A stretch of DNA of 64,000 nt, taken from the NCBI RefSeq assembly GCF_004010195.1, contig NC_057719.1, positions 12,785,872 to 12,849,871 of the forward strand. The letters are read 5' to 3'. Origin of the DNA: Chiloscyllium plagiosum. Lineage: Eukaryota. Each line of letters starts with the position of its first letter. Positions within the stretch are counted from its first letter, which is position 1. Below the pieces are notes generated by a model. That model saw only the letters and a list, made by a program, of their open reading frames with translations, searched no databases and had not been told where the DNA came from. Shown here piece after piece: positions 39,205 through 53,573 of this stretch. The translations under genes were made by a program, and so were the position numbers.

Positions 39205-41139
39205 GTAATTGGTTAGTTTGATGCACTGTATAAATTTCCCCACTTGCTTAGACCTACAGTGTGTGGCTCAGTTTAAAGTATATAGAGAATCAAACTTATG
39301 TTTGGCCATGCTCATATTTCTAGGTATTAGACTTCCAACTCTGAACTATTGTGTCCATTCCACTTGACTTCTCCCTGTCTCTCAGTTTTTCACTTACACA
39401 CCCATCGCAGTGATTGATTAGATAGTCTGTTCCTGGCTTTGTTCTCAGTCCATTGCTGAGCAAGGAATGAGACTGATTCAGTGTGTGCAGCCCATCACTT
39501 CATTAATCGTTAAAGAAGGGCATTCCTACTTACATTCAAACAGAGGATGAAGCTATTTCTCTTTCCATTAATGGGGACTTCGAATACAAGATAAAGGAGG
39601 CTAAGCTGAACCGATGCAAGACAATAGTTAGATCTTAGATGGAACACTGTGTACAGTTCTGGATGTCAAACCTCTGGAAGGATGTGAATCCATTTCGGTC
39701 AGTGCAGAAGAGGTTTATGAGAATGATTCCCGGAATGAGACACTTTATTTCTGAGGATAGGTCAGAGAAGTTAGGACTGTTCACCTCGGAGAGAAGGAGG
39801 TTAAAAGGTGATTGAATTAAAATTTTCAAAATCGTGAGACGTTGTGAGAGGAGACAGTGAGAAACCATTCCCAATCATAAACAGATGAAGAGTAAAAAGG
39901 CACAGGTTTAAAATGATTTTTAAAAGAAGTCAATATGATGTGAGAAGAAACATTTGCACACATTAAGTGGATCAGCTCTAGAATGCACTGCCTGGAAGTG
40001 TGGTGGAGGCAAGTTTAATTGAGGCATTCAAGAGGGTAATTTGATGACTATTTAAATACAAATAATGTACAGGGAAAAGCTGGAAGGATAGCACCAAGTC
40101 ATGGTACTTATTCAGAGAGCTTTTGCATGAGATGGCCCATTCTGTATTGCAATCCTGATTAGTCACACTCGATTTGGAGGGCCAATACACTCCGTTCTGA
40201 AGATCAATGCAATCTGTTTGAAGGACCTACACTCTGTGACCAGTGGACAACATACTGCCATTGGAGCACCTTAAAGGACTATCAATGGGAGAAGTAACAT
40301 CGAAGTAACATTGGAGGCCAGAATCATATTTCCTACAGTATGGAAACAGGCCCTTTGACCCAACAAGTCCACACCCACCTTCCGAAGAGTAGCCCACTCA
40401 GACACATTCCCCTACCCTATACTTACCCCTGACTAATGCACCCAACACTACGGGCAATCTAGCATGGCCAATTCACCTGACTTGCACATCAATTATTACA
40501 TTGGACAGAAGCACACTGTCTTCTGGGCCTGCCATCTTTAGGAAGAGATTATGAATTGGTTTTCTAAAAGACATGTTTCCATGTTGTTCTTTCAGTTCTG
40601 AGACCCAGTTGAAAGGTAACCATTGCTGATTTGAAAGTCCATGATATGTAAGAGTCCTTTTGTGGAATTACTTTGATCAGTAGCCACAGAGAGCACACAG
40701 TGCCCAGAGAATTTATTGTCAAAGTTGTTTCAAGTTTCTTTTGTACAGGGGAAATGACAATGCTAATACATGGAGAGACCTTTTTACTGCCTTAGGCAAT
40801 GGTTTCTGAGTTCATATCTGCATAAACATCTGGTGAACATCCGCTGCACTCTCTCCACACTGAGGTAACAGGCCAGGACTGCATACATTACCACAGGTAT
40901 AGGTTAGCTAGTAGTCTGTGCAATTGAAGCAAGGCTTTGCTCATGTACTCAAATCAATACTTTCATAGGACTTTCCTTCCGAATTGCTTGCTGCGTCACC
41001 ATGGTAGCAGGCCGTGACTAATGAACACGGATACCTAGGTTCCTTTGCACATCAAGGCTTTCCAATCTCTCAACATTTAAGAAATGCTGTTCACCTCTGT
41101 TCTGCCTACCAAAATGGATAACCCTTACCCACACATTTT

Positions 41140-43250
41140 TGGAAGAAGTAATGAAGAGGATTGATGAGGGCTGAGAGGTGGACATGATCTATATGGACTC
41201 CAGTAAGGTGTTCAACGAAGTTCCACATGGAAGATTAATTGGCAGGGTTAGATCGCATAGAATACAGGGAGAACTAACCGTCTGGATACAGAACCAGCTC
41301 AAAGGTAGGAGATAGAGAGTGATGGTGGAGGGTTGTTTTTCAGACAGATGGAGGCCTGTGACCAGTGGAGTGCCATAAGGATCAGTGCTGGGTCCATTGC
41401 TTTTCAACATTTACATAAATGATTTGGATGTGAACATGGGAGGCATAGTTTGCAAATGACACCAAAATTGGAGGTGTAGTGGACAGTGAAGAAGGTTATC
41501 TCAGAGTACAACGAGATCTTGATCAGATGGGCCAATGGGCTGAGGAGTGGAAAACACAGACAAATTCATGGGGTTGGATAATAGATGAAAAATATATCAT
41601 GAGTGATTTGGTGTTGGGAAAATATGTTTAGTTATGTTTAAGATAAATGAGAGGTACTATTATTTGGAAAAGCAAATCTTAGCAGGACTAATACACTTAA
41701 TAGTAAGGTCCTGGGGAGTGTTGCTGAACAAAGAGACCTTGGAGTGCAGGTTAGAACATAGAACATAGAACATAGAAGAATACAGCGCAGTACAGGCCCT
41801 TGGGCCCTCGATGTTGCGCCGATCCAAGCCCACCTAAACTACACTAACCCACTATCCTCCATATACCTATCCAATGCCCTCTTAAATGCCCATAAAGAGG
41901 GAGAGCCCACCACTGTTACTGGCAGGGCATTCCATGAACTAACGACTCGCTGAGTGAAGAACCTACCCCTAACATCAGTCCTATATCTACCCCACCTTAA
42001 TTTAAAGCTATGCCCCCTTGTAATACCCGACTCAATACGCGGGAAAAGGTTCATACTGTCGACCCTATCTAACCCCCTAATCATCTTGTACACCTCAATC
42101 AAGTCACCCCTAAACCTTCTTTTCTCTAGTGAAAACAGCCCCAAGTGCCTCAGTCTTCCCTCATACGATTTTCCTTCCATACCAGGCAACATCCTGGTAA
42201 ACCTCCTCTGCACCCGTTCCAATGCCTCCACATCCTTCCTATAGTATAGCGACCAAAACTGCACACAATATTCCAGATGCGGCCGTACCAGAGTCTTATA
42301 CAACTGCATCATGACCTCAGGACTCCCGAACTCAATTCCTCTACCAATAAAAGCCAGTACGCCATATGCCTTCCTCACCGCACTATTTACCTGGGTGGCA
42401 ACTTTCAGAGATCTGTGTACATGGACACCAAGATCCCTCTGCTCATCCACACTACCAAGTATCCGACCATTAGCCCAGTACCCCATCTTTTTGTTATTCT
42501 TCCCAAAGTGAATCACCTCGCACTTAGCTACATTGAATTCCATCTGCCACCTTTCTGCCCAGCTCAGGTTCATAGCTCTTTGAAAGTGGAGTCGTGAGTA
42601 GGTAGGATAGTGAAGAAGGCGTTTGGTATGCTTTTCTTTATTGGTCAGAGCATTGAATGTAAGAGTTTGGAAGTCATATTGTGACTGTACAGGATATTGA
42701 TTGGGCCACTTTTGGAATATTGCGTGCAATTCTGGTCTCCTTCCTATCCGAAGATATGTTGTGAAACTTGAAAGGGTTCAGAAAAGATTTACAAGGATGT
42801 TGCCAGGTTTGGAGGATTTGAGCTATAGGGAGAGGTTGAATAGGTTGGAGCTGTTTACCCTGGAGTATCGAAGGCTGAGGGGTGACCTTATAGAGGTTTG
42901 CAAAATCATGAGGGGCATGGATAGGGTAAATAGACAAAGTCTTTTCCCTGGGGTGAGGGAGTCCAGAACTAGAGGGCATAGGTTTAGGGTGAGAGGAGAA
43001 AGATATAAAAGAGACCTAAGGAGCAACTTTTCCACACAGAGGGTGGTACGTGTATGGAATGAGCTGCCAGAGGAAGTGGTGGAGGCTGGTACGATTGCAA
43101 CATTTAAAAGGCACCTGGATGGGTATGTGAACAGGAGGGATTTAGAGGGATATGGGCCAAGAGCTGGCAAATGGGACTAGATTGGGTTGGGATATCTGGT
43201 CGGCATGGACCGAAGGGTCTGTTTTCATGTTGTACATCTCTATGAGACCA
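41140..43250 (+). mobile_element. CR1 LINE RT/3' fragment, host of a nested CR1
   Basis: ORF 42701..43180 and upstream RT motifs (DSSKVFNEVPH, SGVP.GSVLGP). Confidence 0.9.
41753..42564 (-). mobile_element. Young 5'-truncated CR1 of a different subfamily nested in the opposite orientation
   Basis: TSD caggtt (41747-41752, 42565-42570), stop-free RT C-terminus of about 240 aa (WAERWQMEFN...DSGLV*), (agaacat)3 tail. Confidence 0.92.
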
Positions 43251-43979
43251 TAAGATGTAAGTTTAGAAGTTGGTCATTCAGCCCATTGAGTCTGATCATT
43301 CATTCTGGGATCATGGCTGATTTGACAATCCTTAACTCCACTTTCCTGCCTTTTCCCCATAACCCTTGAATCCCTTGCTAAATAAAAAATTGTCGATAAT
43401 AGCCTTAAGAATACTTAAAAATCCAGCCTCCACAGCCCTCTGCGTGAAAGAATTCCACTGATTCATGACCCAAAAATAAAAATAATTCCTCATCTCCATC
43501 TTAAACATGTGATCTCTTATTCAGACATCATCCTCTCTGGTCCTCAACACTCCCACAAGGCGAAACATTGCACTTACTGTATTTAACTTATCAAGGCCTC
43601 TTGGAACCTTCCATGTTTCAATAAGGTCACTTCTCATTTTTTTCTACATCGTAACGAGGACAGGTCCAATGTACTCAACCTCTCTACACAAGGCTTTGAT
43701 AGTGAAAAGTCAAAATATTGCTAGTGTGAGATACTGAGTGATAATGATCCCTTCAGCCTGCTGTGTTTGACCTGAGGAAGGTAATGCTCTCACAGCGGTC
43801 TCAGAACCACTACGTGAAGAAGAACCTCTAGATGACCCTCAATAAACAGGTGTCAATATCTCCCTTCCCTAAGCTCAGTGGCATATCTGATTAAAATACA
43901 AGCAAGAGGAAAAGGAGAGAGAGAGAGAGAGATGCAATAAATTATACCAAACGATTCCACATCCAACATATCAAGGAGT

Positions 43980-44765
43980 TGAGGACATGAGATGATTTCT
44001 AAAATGATAACAGCCTTAATCAGGCAATCAGGAAGAGAAGATTATGTCCTGACCCATGCCATCAATCTGCCAGCGATTTAATTTCATTTCCATTACAGGG
44101 TAATTCTGAAAATTTCCACCACAAAATTAACACCCAATTTTCCCATTTTAATTAGTTAAATCAGAAGATGTAGCTCTCCCCCGGGAGGCTGCGAGGTGGG
44201 ATCAGTTAAGATGAAAATGATAACTACATGGCTGTAATTAGGACGGGTCAATGCATCCTCTCCCTCGAGTCAGGCTAGTTTAATTTCCCGTGATATTTGA
44301 GCGGCTGTCGCTAAGCTGTCCCATCGATTGATGCAGAAATTAACTTATTTTTCAATCAGATCCTGGCTGCCCCCTGGGTCGCCACTTGCCTGCCTCTTTT
44401 GCAACTGAAGCGATTTTTCATCAGCGGCTGTCTTTGATGGGGAGAGGAGCCGTCATGAATTACAAAAGACCCTTGAATGATTTTGACAATTTTTTTTATC
44501 CTCCCCCCACCAACCGCCTCCCGTCCACCTTCTCCCGCATCATCAGCAACAACAGCTTAACCAGACAGCACTTCATTGGCAGGCATTTAACCGGAATATC
44601 AGAGGAAGATGTCACGGGTGGAGGTGTCTCTGGCAGGAGCAGAATCTCTGGCACTTTAACAACAGCAGATTAGACAGCTTCATCTTGATCTCCTATTAAA
44701 ACTACCTCGAGGGATAGTTTTTATTAAAATTAATTTCGCCTGTTTAAAAACTTAATTATGGTGTT
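43980..44765. promoter_or_regulatory. Candidate conserved intronic enhancer of VSX2
   Basis: No recognisable TE, retains many CpGs, clustered TAAT/TAATTAG sites (44148-44155, 44235-44241), TCF/LEF-type CTTTGAT (44432-44438). Confidence 0.55.
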
Positions 44766-45696
44766 TTCTTTTTAAAGTTGGAGCCTACTAGAATTCCTTA
44801 CCCCAGCCCATCGTAGAATCCCTGTAGTGTGGGCACAGGCCATTTGGCCCATCGAGTTCCATGTCAGTCGGAATTGAAAGCAAGTCTCAATTATTGATGT
44901 TTTAAAACAAACCATTTGGTTCACTCATCTCCTTTAGAGAATTAAATCTGCCATAATTACCCGATCTGGCCTATACATGACTCCAGGCCCACAGCAATGA
45001 ATAATAAGTCTTGATCCCCTCTGAAATGGCCCTAGTAAGTCATGCAGTTCAAGGGCAATTAAGGACAGGCAGCAAATGGTGTGATGTCTATATTTCATTA
45101 AACATACTCTGTTAAAAACCGCCGCGAACTCTGAGCAGGAAGGTTTAATTCCCACGCCAGATCATTGAGAGTAAGATCCAATGGCAGCCCATGTGCAGTA
45201 CTGAGGGAGTGCTGCACTATCAAAGGTGCCACCTTCTGGATGAGATGTCAAACTGAGGTGCTGTCTGCTTTTCCAGTTGGGTGCTATAGCACTATTTTCA
45301 AGAAGCTGAGCTGGCGAAGTTTGACTGGTGTCTTGGCTGAAATCCTGCACCTGAATCCAAGAGTTGATTGGATGTAGCACCATACTGTGAGCAGAAATTG
45401 CTGGTGCTTGCCCTATATCACAGCAATACTGACACTACCTTCTTTTTAAAAAAATGTTTCATAGGTTGTAAAGTCTACTGGAATGTCCTGACGTTGTAAT
45501 GCAAATCCATTTTAAAGCTGCCACAGTACAATATAATTCTGCCTATAATACCCAGCACAAGGCTTTAATTGGTATTAAAATAAATTGGTTCCTGGTGAGT
45601 GAGGAAATCCTGTTCTGCTTCTACTGGTGAAATGGATAAAGTGTGATGATAAGTTTTATAATTAGGTCCATGCTAGGACAAATGACGTTTCTACAT

Positions 45697-46012
45697 GATT
45701 AGATTACATTACATTACAGTGTGGAAACAGGCCCTTCGGCCCAACAAGTCCACACCGACCCGCCGAAGCGCAACCCACCCATACCCCTACATTTACCCCT
45801 TACCTAACACTACGGGCAATTTAGCATGGCCAATTCACCTGACCTGCACATCTTTGGATTGTGGGAGGAAACCGGAGCACCCGGAGGAAACCCACGCAGA
45901 CACGGGGAGAACGTGCAAATTCCACACAGTCAGTCGCCTGAGGCGGGAATTGAACCCGGGTCTCTGGCGCTGTGAGGCAGCAGTGCTAACCACTGTGCCA
46001 CCGTGCCACCCA
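45697..46012 (-). mobile_element. Near-intact HE1-like SINE
   Basis: Complete head, V-domain and tail with CpGs preserved. Confidence 0.9.
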
Positions 46013-48292
46013 TAAATGTCTTGGATATTGGGATGCAGAGAACAAGTTTGCCAATGGTATCAATGTAGTGAGGGTGACACCAGTTGACTGCAACAGAATG
46101 AAGCAAGGCTAGCAGTATGGGCAGACAAGCAGTGAATGGAACTTAATGCAGAGAATGTATAACAAGGGGATGTATAATGGCAAAGGTGATAGAGACAATG
46201 TAGTCTTAATGGCACAGTTCAAGAATGTCTCTGGATAGAGGGACCTGGGAGCAGTTAGCAAAGTAGAGAGGCTTTTGGGCTTCATAAATAAAGATGCTAG
46301 GTAATGGACTGGTCATATTGTTGCTAGACTATCAATCCGGAGACCCAGGTAATGTGTTAGGTTCAAATCCTGCCATAGCAGCTGTTAGAAGTTGAATTCA
46401 ATAACAAGGAAGAATTAGGAGTTTAAAGATGACCATGAATCCATTGCTGATTGTCAGAAAACCCCATCTGATGCACTAATGTCCTTTAGGTAAGGAAACT
46501 GCCATCCTTACTGGTCTGGCTTACATGTGACTCCATACCCACAGCAATGTGGTTGACTCTTAACCGCCTTCTGGCCAATTAGAGATGGGCAATAAATGCT
46601 GGCCTAGTCAGTGATGTCCAAATCCTGTGAATTAATCTTTAAAAATGAGTAGAAAAGCAGCAAATTTATGCTAAACCTTTATACAGTTCTGGTTAATCCA
46701 AAAATAAAATGTTGTGTCCACTTCTGTCGAGTTACCATACCACACAAAGTATGTGTTGATCTTGGATAGTATGCAGTGTTTTTTTTTAACCAGAATGGTC
46801 CCAGAGATGGGTGAGTTTATCTGCAGCATTAGTTTGGAAAAACTGAGATTTCTCTTCAAGCAAAGGAGCTTGAGGAGAGGTTGAATGGAGACATGAAAGC
46901 TTCTGACAGGTTTAGGTAAGATAGGCAAGGGAAAACTGTGTTCCCATCAGCTCATGGTGCAGGGAAACTGGTGTAAGATTGCAAGAGATAGAAGGAAGAA
47001 TGTAAGGAGGTCTTGTTTTTAAATGCTATCCATGCAGGCGCTCTCAGTGGAGCTGAGCAATGATTTCAAAAGGAACTTGAGTCTTTGAGGGAAATAAACT
47101 ACAGGGTTACAAGAATAGAGAGGGGGAAATGGAGCTGACTGGATTGTTCTGCATGAGCCAAATGACCTCCTTCTGTGCTGTAATGACTCTCAGAATGGCA
47201 AGAAGTGCTTGCAGAAGTTTGTATTCTGCTATTCATAAAATATTACATTTACTGTTAATCTAGATCCTCATTTGCTCAGAAGGCTATATTGACCAGCAAC
47301 TTGAGTTAAGTTATTTGAATTGATTGTATGCTATTTAGATACAGTGGGCTACTTCAATACAATGGGCCTGTTTAAATATGATATGCTTTATAAATATGGT
47401 GCTATTTAATTTTATAAAGTGTCAAAGTGGGCGAAGATGATAAATAGGGCAATTCTCCTTTCAGCTATGTCTTGCATTTTGAGCAACACTTGGCTCAAAG
47501 TTATGAATTATGATTGGCACAAAATTCAAAGTGCAAATTCAGTTCAATCTCAACATCCTGTTAAGATTCATTAACTGTTTGGATGGTGTTATCATAGGTT
47601 AGGACAATTTGGCACCCATTTGATTATATTATTTCGCTTCTCCGAACTGTGAGTATATGCAGTAGATTATAGCTGCAGTGCTCGGAAAATAAAACTAATA
47701 CATCTGGCGGAAAAGCTGTAGTTCTTATCCATTTTGCTGTTGAAAGTACAAGTCCCTGACCCTGTGACTTTGTCCCTGGCTTCTCATCCAGCCAGCTGAG
47801 ATTCAACCTTGTGCTAACTGGGTAGATCATTCCTGGGATTAATCCAATCATGTTTGGACAATGAACTTGCTGAATATTTCTTTAATTCATTCATGGGTTA
47901 TGGGTGGTCACTGGCGAGGTGAGTATTTATTACCCTTTTTTAATTCCAGAGGGCAGTAGGGAGTCAACCACAGTGCTGTAGGTCTGGAGTCACATGTAGG
48001 CCAAACAAGGTTAGGATGACAGATTTCCTTTCCCCACAGAACATTTTGTGAACTAGGTATGATTTTTGGTGATGATCATCAATGATTACATGGTTGCTAT
48101 TATGCTAGCTTTTTAATTCCAGAATTTTAACTGAATTCAAATTTCACCATATGCCATTTTGAGTCTTGAAACCATTTTCCCCCAAACATTTTCTTGAACT
48201 TCTAGTCCAGTGACATCATCATTATACCGCTGTCTCCCCAACACATTTTGATGGGGAGATCAAGATGGAAGTTAAAATGGTATTGTTGGAAT

Positions 48293-49575
48293 AGACTGAT
48301 TAGGGATAGTCAACATGGCTTTGTGCATGGGAAATCATGTCTCACAAACTTGATTGAGTTTTTTGAAGAAGTAACAAAGAATATTTATGAGGGCAGAGCA
48401 GTAGATGTGATCTATATGGACTTCAGTAAGGCGTTTGACAAGGTTCCCCATGGGAGACAGATTAACAAGGTTAGATCTCATGGAATACAGGGAGAACGGG
48501 CCATTTGGATATAGAACTGGCTCCAAGGTAGAAGACAGAGGGTGGTGGTGGAGGATTGTTTTTCAGACTGGAGGCCTGTGACCAGCGGAGTGCCACAAGG
48601 ATCGGTGCTGGGTCCTCTACTTTTTGTCATTTACATAAATGATTTGGATGCGAGCATAAGAGGTACAGTTAGTAAGTTTGCAGATGCCACCAAAATTGGA
48701 GGTGTAGTGGACAGCGAAGAGGGTTACCTCAGATTACAACAGGATCTGGACCAGATGGGCCAATGGGCTGAGAAGTGGCAGATGGAGTTTTTTCAGATGA
48801 ATGCGAGTTGCTGCATTTTGGGAAAGCAAATCTTAGCAGGACTTATACACTTAATGGTAAGGTCCTAGAGGTGTTGCTAAACAAAGAGACCTTGGAGTGC
48901 AGGTTTGTAGCTCCTTGAAAGTAGAGTCACAGGTAGATGTGATAGTGGGGAATGCATTTGGTACGCTTTCCTTTATTGGTCAGAGTATTGAGTACAGGAG
49001 TTGGGAGGTCATGTTGTAGCTGTACAGGACATTCATTAAGACAGTTTTGGAATTCTGATTTCCATCCTATTGGAAAGATGTTGTGAAACTTGAATGGATT
49101 CCGAAAAGATTTACTTGGATATTGCCATGGTTGGAGGATTTGAACTATAGAGAGAGGCTGAATAGGTAAGATTGTTTTCTCTGGAGCGTCGGAAGCTGAG
49201 GGGCAACCTCATAGAGGTTTACAAAATTATGAGGGGCATGGATAGGATAAATAGGCAAAGTCTTTTCCCTGGGGTCTGGGAGTCCAGAACTAAAGGGCAT
49301 AGGTTTAGGGTGAGAGGGGAAAGATACAAAAGAGACCTAAGGGGCAACTCTTTCACGCAGAGGATGGTATGTGTATGGAATGAGCTGGCAGAGGAAGTGG
49401 TGGAGGCAAGTATGATTGCAACATTTAAAAGGCATCTGGATGGGTATATGAATAGGAAGGGTTTGGAGGGATATGGGCCAGGTGTTGGCAAATCGGACTA
49501 GATTGGGATATCTGGTCGCCATGGATGAGTTGGACTGAAGGGTCTGTTTCTGTGCTGTACATTTCTATGACTCTA
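48293..49575 (+). mobile_element. CR1 LINE RT/3' fragment
   Basis: ORFs 48248..48514 (QHGF..GKSCLTNLIEFFE..YMDFSKAFDKVPH), 48542..48868 (SGVPQGSVLGP..INDLD), 49172..49501. Confidence 0.93.
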
Positions 49576-50612
49576 TGAGTGGGGAATGGGAAGGAAGCAG
49601 CAAAGGTGAATTAGAGAGAGAATGAAAAAGATTGCATATGGGAGGAAGAGGGAAGGAAATTGGAAGGAGGAGAGAGGCTGCACGAAAAAGAAAGTGAAGG
49701 TTTTTAAATCTACTAACAAAGGAATAATTAGCTAACCAAGAGCCGGGAAAATAGGAAATCACTGCAATAATGAATTCCTTGCAAATGAATGTGGAATCTT
49801 TAGCTTAATGTTGGGTATGTTGAGGAGCTGCTATATGGAACAGGAATGTATTGAATGTTATTGTAATGAACACAATGTCAATTGTTAAATTTAAATATGA
49901 AATTATAACCTGAGATGCAGTAAAAATGCTAGTACCTAGCAACATACGAGATAGGAACAAGGAACAGGGTCGGCCATTTGGACAGTCAGGTTTGTTCTAT
50001 GTAAATTCACAGTTGATTATTTACCTCAGCGCTACTTGCCTGCACCACACCCCCATCCTTTGTTGTCTTTGGTTTTTAGAAAACTACCCATTTCTGTCTT
50101 GAACCTACTCAACCATTGAATCTTCACAGGCCTCTGGGGTCGGGAATTCCAAAGATTCACCACCCTCTGGGTGAAGAAGAGTCCTGATGATCTCCGCTTG
50201 AAATGGCCTACCACTTAGTCTGAGATCCCGTCCCCTGGTTTTCGACTCACCAGCCAGGGGAACCATCTTGTCACCATCCACCCTATAAGAATTTTCTGTA
50301 AGTTCAATGAGGTTAGCCACCCCACCATTCCTCAAAGCCCAAGGGATGACAGGCCCAGTTTCCTCAGTTTCTGCTCACGTCAGTCCCACCATCTCAGGTG
50401 ATAAATCTGGTGAAGCTCTGTGGGGCTTCCTCAATGACAAGTGTATTCTTCCTTAGGTAAGGAGACCACAACTGTTCACTATACTCCAGGTGTGGTCTCA
50501 CCATAGCTATGTACAAATGCAACAAGATATCTTCACTCCTGTGCTCAAATCCCCTTATGATGAAGATCAAGTTACTGTTTGCTTTTCTAATTGCTTGCTG
50601 CACTTGTGCACA

Positions 50613-51281
50613 TGTTATAGACCAGACCAGACCACACCCCCTCAAAATCTTTTTTGAAGGCAGCCTAGACCCTTTTCTTATTCTTAAGGTAAATGTCAGG
50701 ACATGTGTTCCAGGTGCAATTCACTTGGTCAAACTACTCGATGTTACGCAAAATATAATTTATTTAAACACTACAATTAAAATGCAACAAAAGGAGGAAG
50801 AACTTAGAATGACTTAACTCTACTGGAAAACTTAACAGAATGATAGATACAGTAATTATTACTACTCATCAACTGTTCTAGTATATTAACTCCCATAAAC
50901 ACATCCCTTGGCAAAAAGGTAAATTCAGAATAATTGATTTGTCTCAGAAGTCTCACATCCGAGCAGCAGAGAGAAACCCTGGCTTCTAGCAGTAACTGAG
51001 AGAGGGAAAAGATAGTTTCTACTTCATCAAAGCTTCAGCAGCTTCTGCCCTGTTCAGACTCTAACAGCAACTGCTTAAAGCTAAACCTAAATACTGGAAA
51101 TCCTGTTAACAGAGCTGGCCACACCCAGCCAGGCTGCTTCTATTGTCTCAACTTTTAAAAAATCCAAGGCTTCCCAAGCTGTTTACTTTATGGGTTTTTA
51201 CTAGCCAGCTCATAACCTCTATCTTAAAACCTCTCTTAAACAAAGGACAAAATAACCTCTTAATACCACAGCATTGTCACA
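50613..51281 (-). mobile_element. Probable solo LTR inserted in a minus-strand CR1 (about 49940-51330)
   Basis: TG...CA termini (tgttata...tgtcaca), caca-type 4-bp duplication, CR1 sequence resumes on both sides, AATAAA on the minus strand near 50760. Confidence 0.6.
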
Positions 51282-51638
51282 CACTTTTAGGGATTCTTCA
51301 ACAAGAACAAATCTCTTTGGAAACCTTTGCCTCCCAACCTCTCACCACTTAAGTCTTCTGCCTTACTGTAGTTTCTATTGAAGTGAATAGCCTTGCACCT
51401 CATCTCATACCAGCCTGAATCAAAGTGTTTCTCCACTTTTTAAGTCGCCTCTCTTTGGTGCATCTTTTGGATCCTGTCCTAATATCTCCTGCAGTGGTTC
51501 TGAATGAAAATGTTGCCTGTAAAGAAATAGTCAACAAGGACTGTTTTGCTATGTTAAGGGCATTGGATAATTGCATACTATTGTTGTGAGCCTCAGGCAG
51601 GTAGTTTGCGCTTATGGCTGGTTGACGTTACTGTTTAA

Positions 51639-51908
<270 letters not shown>

Positions 51909-53573
51909 TAGAGGGTTAAAAAAAAATCCATGTGTTGGGGGGACTGGGCTTCATGTGTTGACTGGTGGATTTGGCTGCAGCAGATAATGCAAAAAGAGAC
52001 CATTTAGCCCATTACTTCTGTGCTAGCTCTTGTAAACAACTGTCCTGTCAGTCTGTCTCCCCCGCTCTTCCCTCTTCAATTCCTTTTTGAAGGTCACTAT
52101 TAAATTTGCTTCCACCTTCATTTCAGGCAGTGACTCTCAGATCTTCATAACTCATTGTGTACTAAAGTCTCTCCCCCTCTGATTCTTTTCCCAATTATTA
52201 TTTGACATCAAAGTGGCTGAATGTGACATCTGTGACCCCCAGCAAGCCAGGAAGTGAGGGTTGGGGGATTTGGAGGAAGCTCTCCTCTGGTTAGTCATAC
52301 CTGGCACGGAGGGAGATGGTTGTGATTGTTGGAGGTCAGTTGTCTCAGCTGACACCTCTGCAGGGGTTCCCCAGGATAGTGTGCTAAGTCTTCAGTCGCT
52401 TAGACAATGGCGTCTCACAGAACCAGTAAAATAGGAGTAGGCCATTCAGCCCTTTGAACCTGCTGCATTGTTCAATATGATCATGGCTAGTTATCCAACT
52501 CAGTGTGCATACCCTTTGATCTTGTTAGCCCTAAGAACTATATCTAGCTCTTTGAAAACATTCAATGTTTTGACTTCAACCACTTTCCTTGGTAGCACGT
52601 TCCACATTCCTTGCATCTGGTAATTGCACAGTGTTCAGCACCATCTGTACCCCCTCAGATACTGAAGCAGCTTGTGTCCATGCACAAGATCTGGCTTGGG
52701 CTGACAAGTAACAAATAACAAATGGCCATCTCCAACAAGAGAGAATCTAAACATCCCTCCTTGATGTTCAATAGCATTAACGTTGAGGCCATCAACATCC
52801 TGGGGGTTACCATTGACCAGCAACTTAAACAACACCAGCCATATAAATACACCAAGAACAGGGCAGAGGCTAGAAATTCTGTGGGGCAGCCAGCTCACTT
52901 CCTGACTCACAAAGCCTGTCCACCATCTCCAATGCAGCAGTCAAGAGTGTGATGTAATACCCCCACTTGCTTGGATGAGTGTAGCTCCAACAACACTCAA
53001 GAAAGCTTGACACCATCCAGGACTAAGCAGCCAACTTGATTGGCATCCCTCCACCAACATCAAGATTCATTCTCTTTATCACCAAGTTACAGTGGCAGTA
53101 GGGTGTACTACGTACAAGATACACTTCAGAAATTCACTAAGGCCCCTCCAATAGCACCTTCCAAACCTGCGATCTTTACCATCTAGAAGGACTAGGGTGG
53201 CAGTAAATTGGGAACACCATCACCTGCAAGTTCCCTTCCAAGCCCCTCACCATCGTCTCTTGGAGATATATCACTGTTCCTTCAGTGTCACTGGGCCAAA
53301 ATTCTGGAACAACATTGTGGATGTCCTTACACCCAAGGATGGCCATAGTTCAAGACAGCAGCTCACAACCACCTTCTTGTGAGCAAGTGGAGATGGGCAA
53401 TGGTCATAACCCATGAATGAAACACTGTCTTTTGGTTACTGACCCTCCTGATTCTAGAAACAGTTTCTCCTTATTTTATTATAACTCCGCGTACAGCCCG
53501 ATATTTACAGGACAGAGCATGATGTTGATGTCTATGCAAGTTTTGAGGAGATTTGTAGCTCATGTTGAAGTTC

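Noticed and set aside
41839..42729. Longest ORF (296 aa) as a host gene
   Set aside because: Chimeric: the first ~55 aa are antisense of the host CR1 and the rest is the RT C-terminus of the nested, 5'-truncated CR1.
43770..43800. Additional hammerhead-like ctgaggaagg
   Set aside because: No helix II and no GAAA downstream, too degenerate to count.
44386..44673. 95-aa ORF in the CpG-rich island as a novel exon
   Set aside because: No ATG start, no recognisable domain, no convincing splice pair. A regulatory reading fits better.
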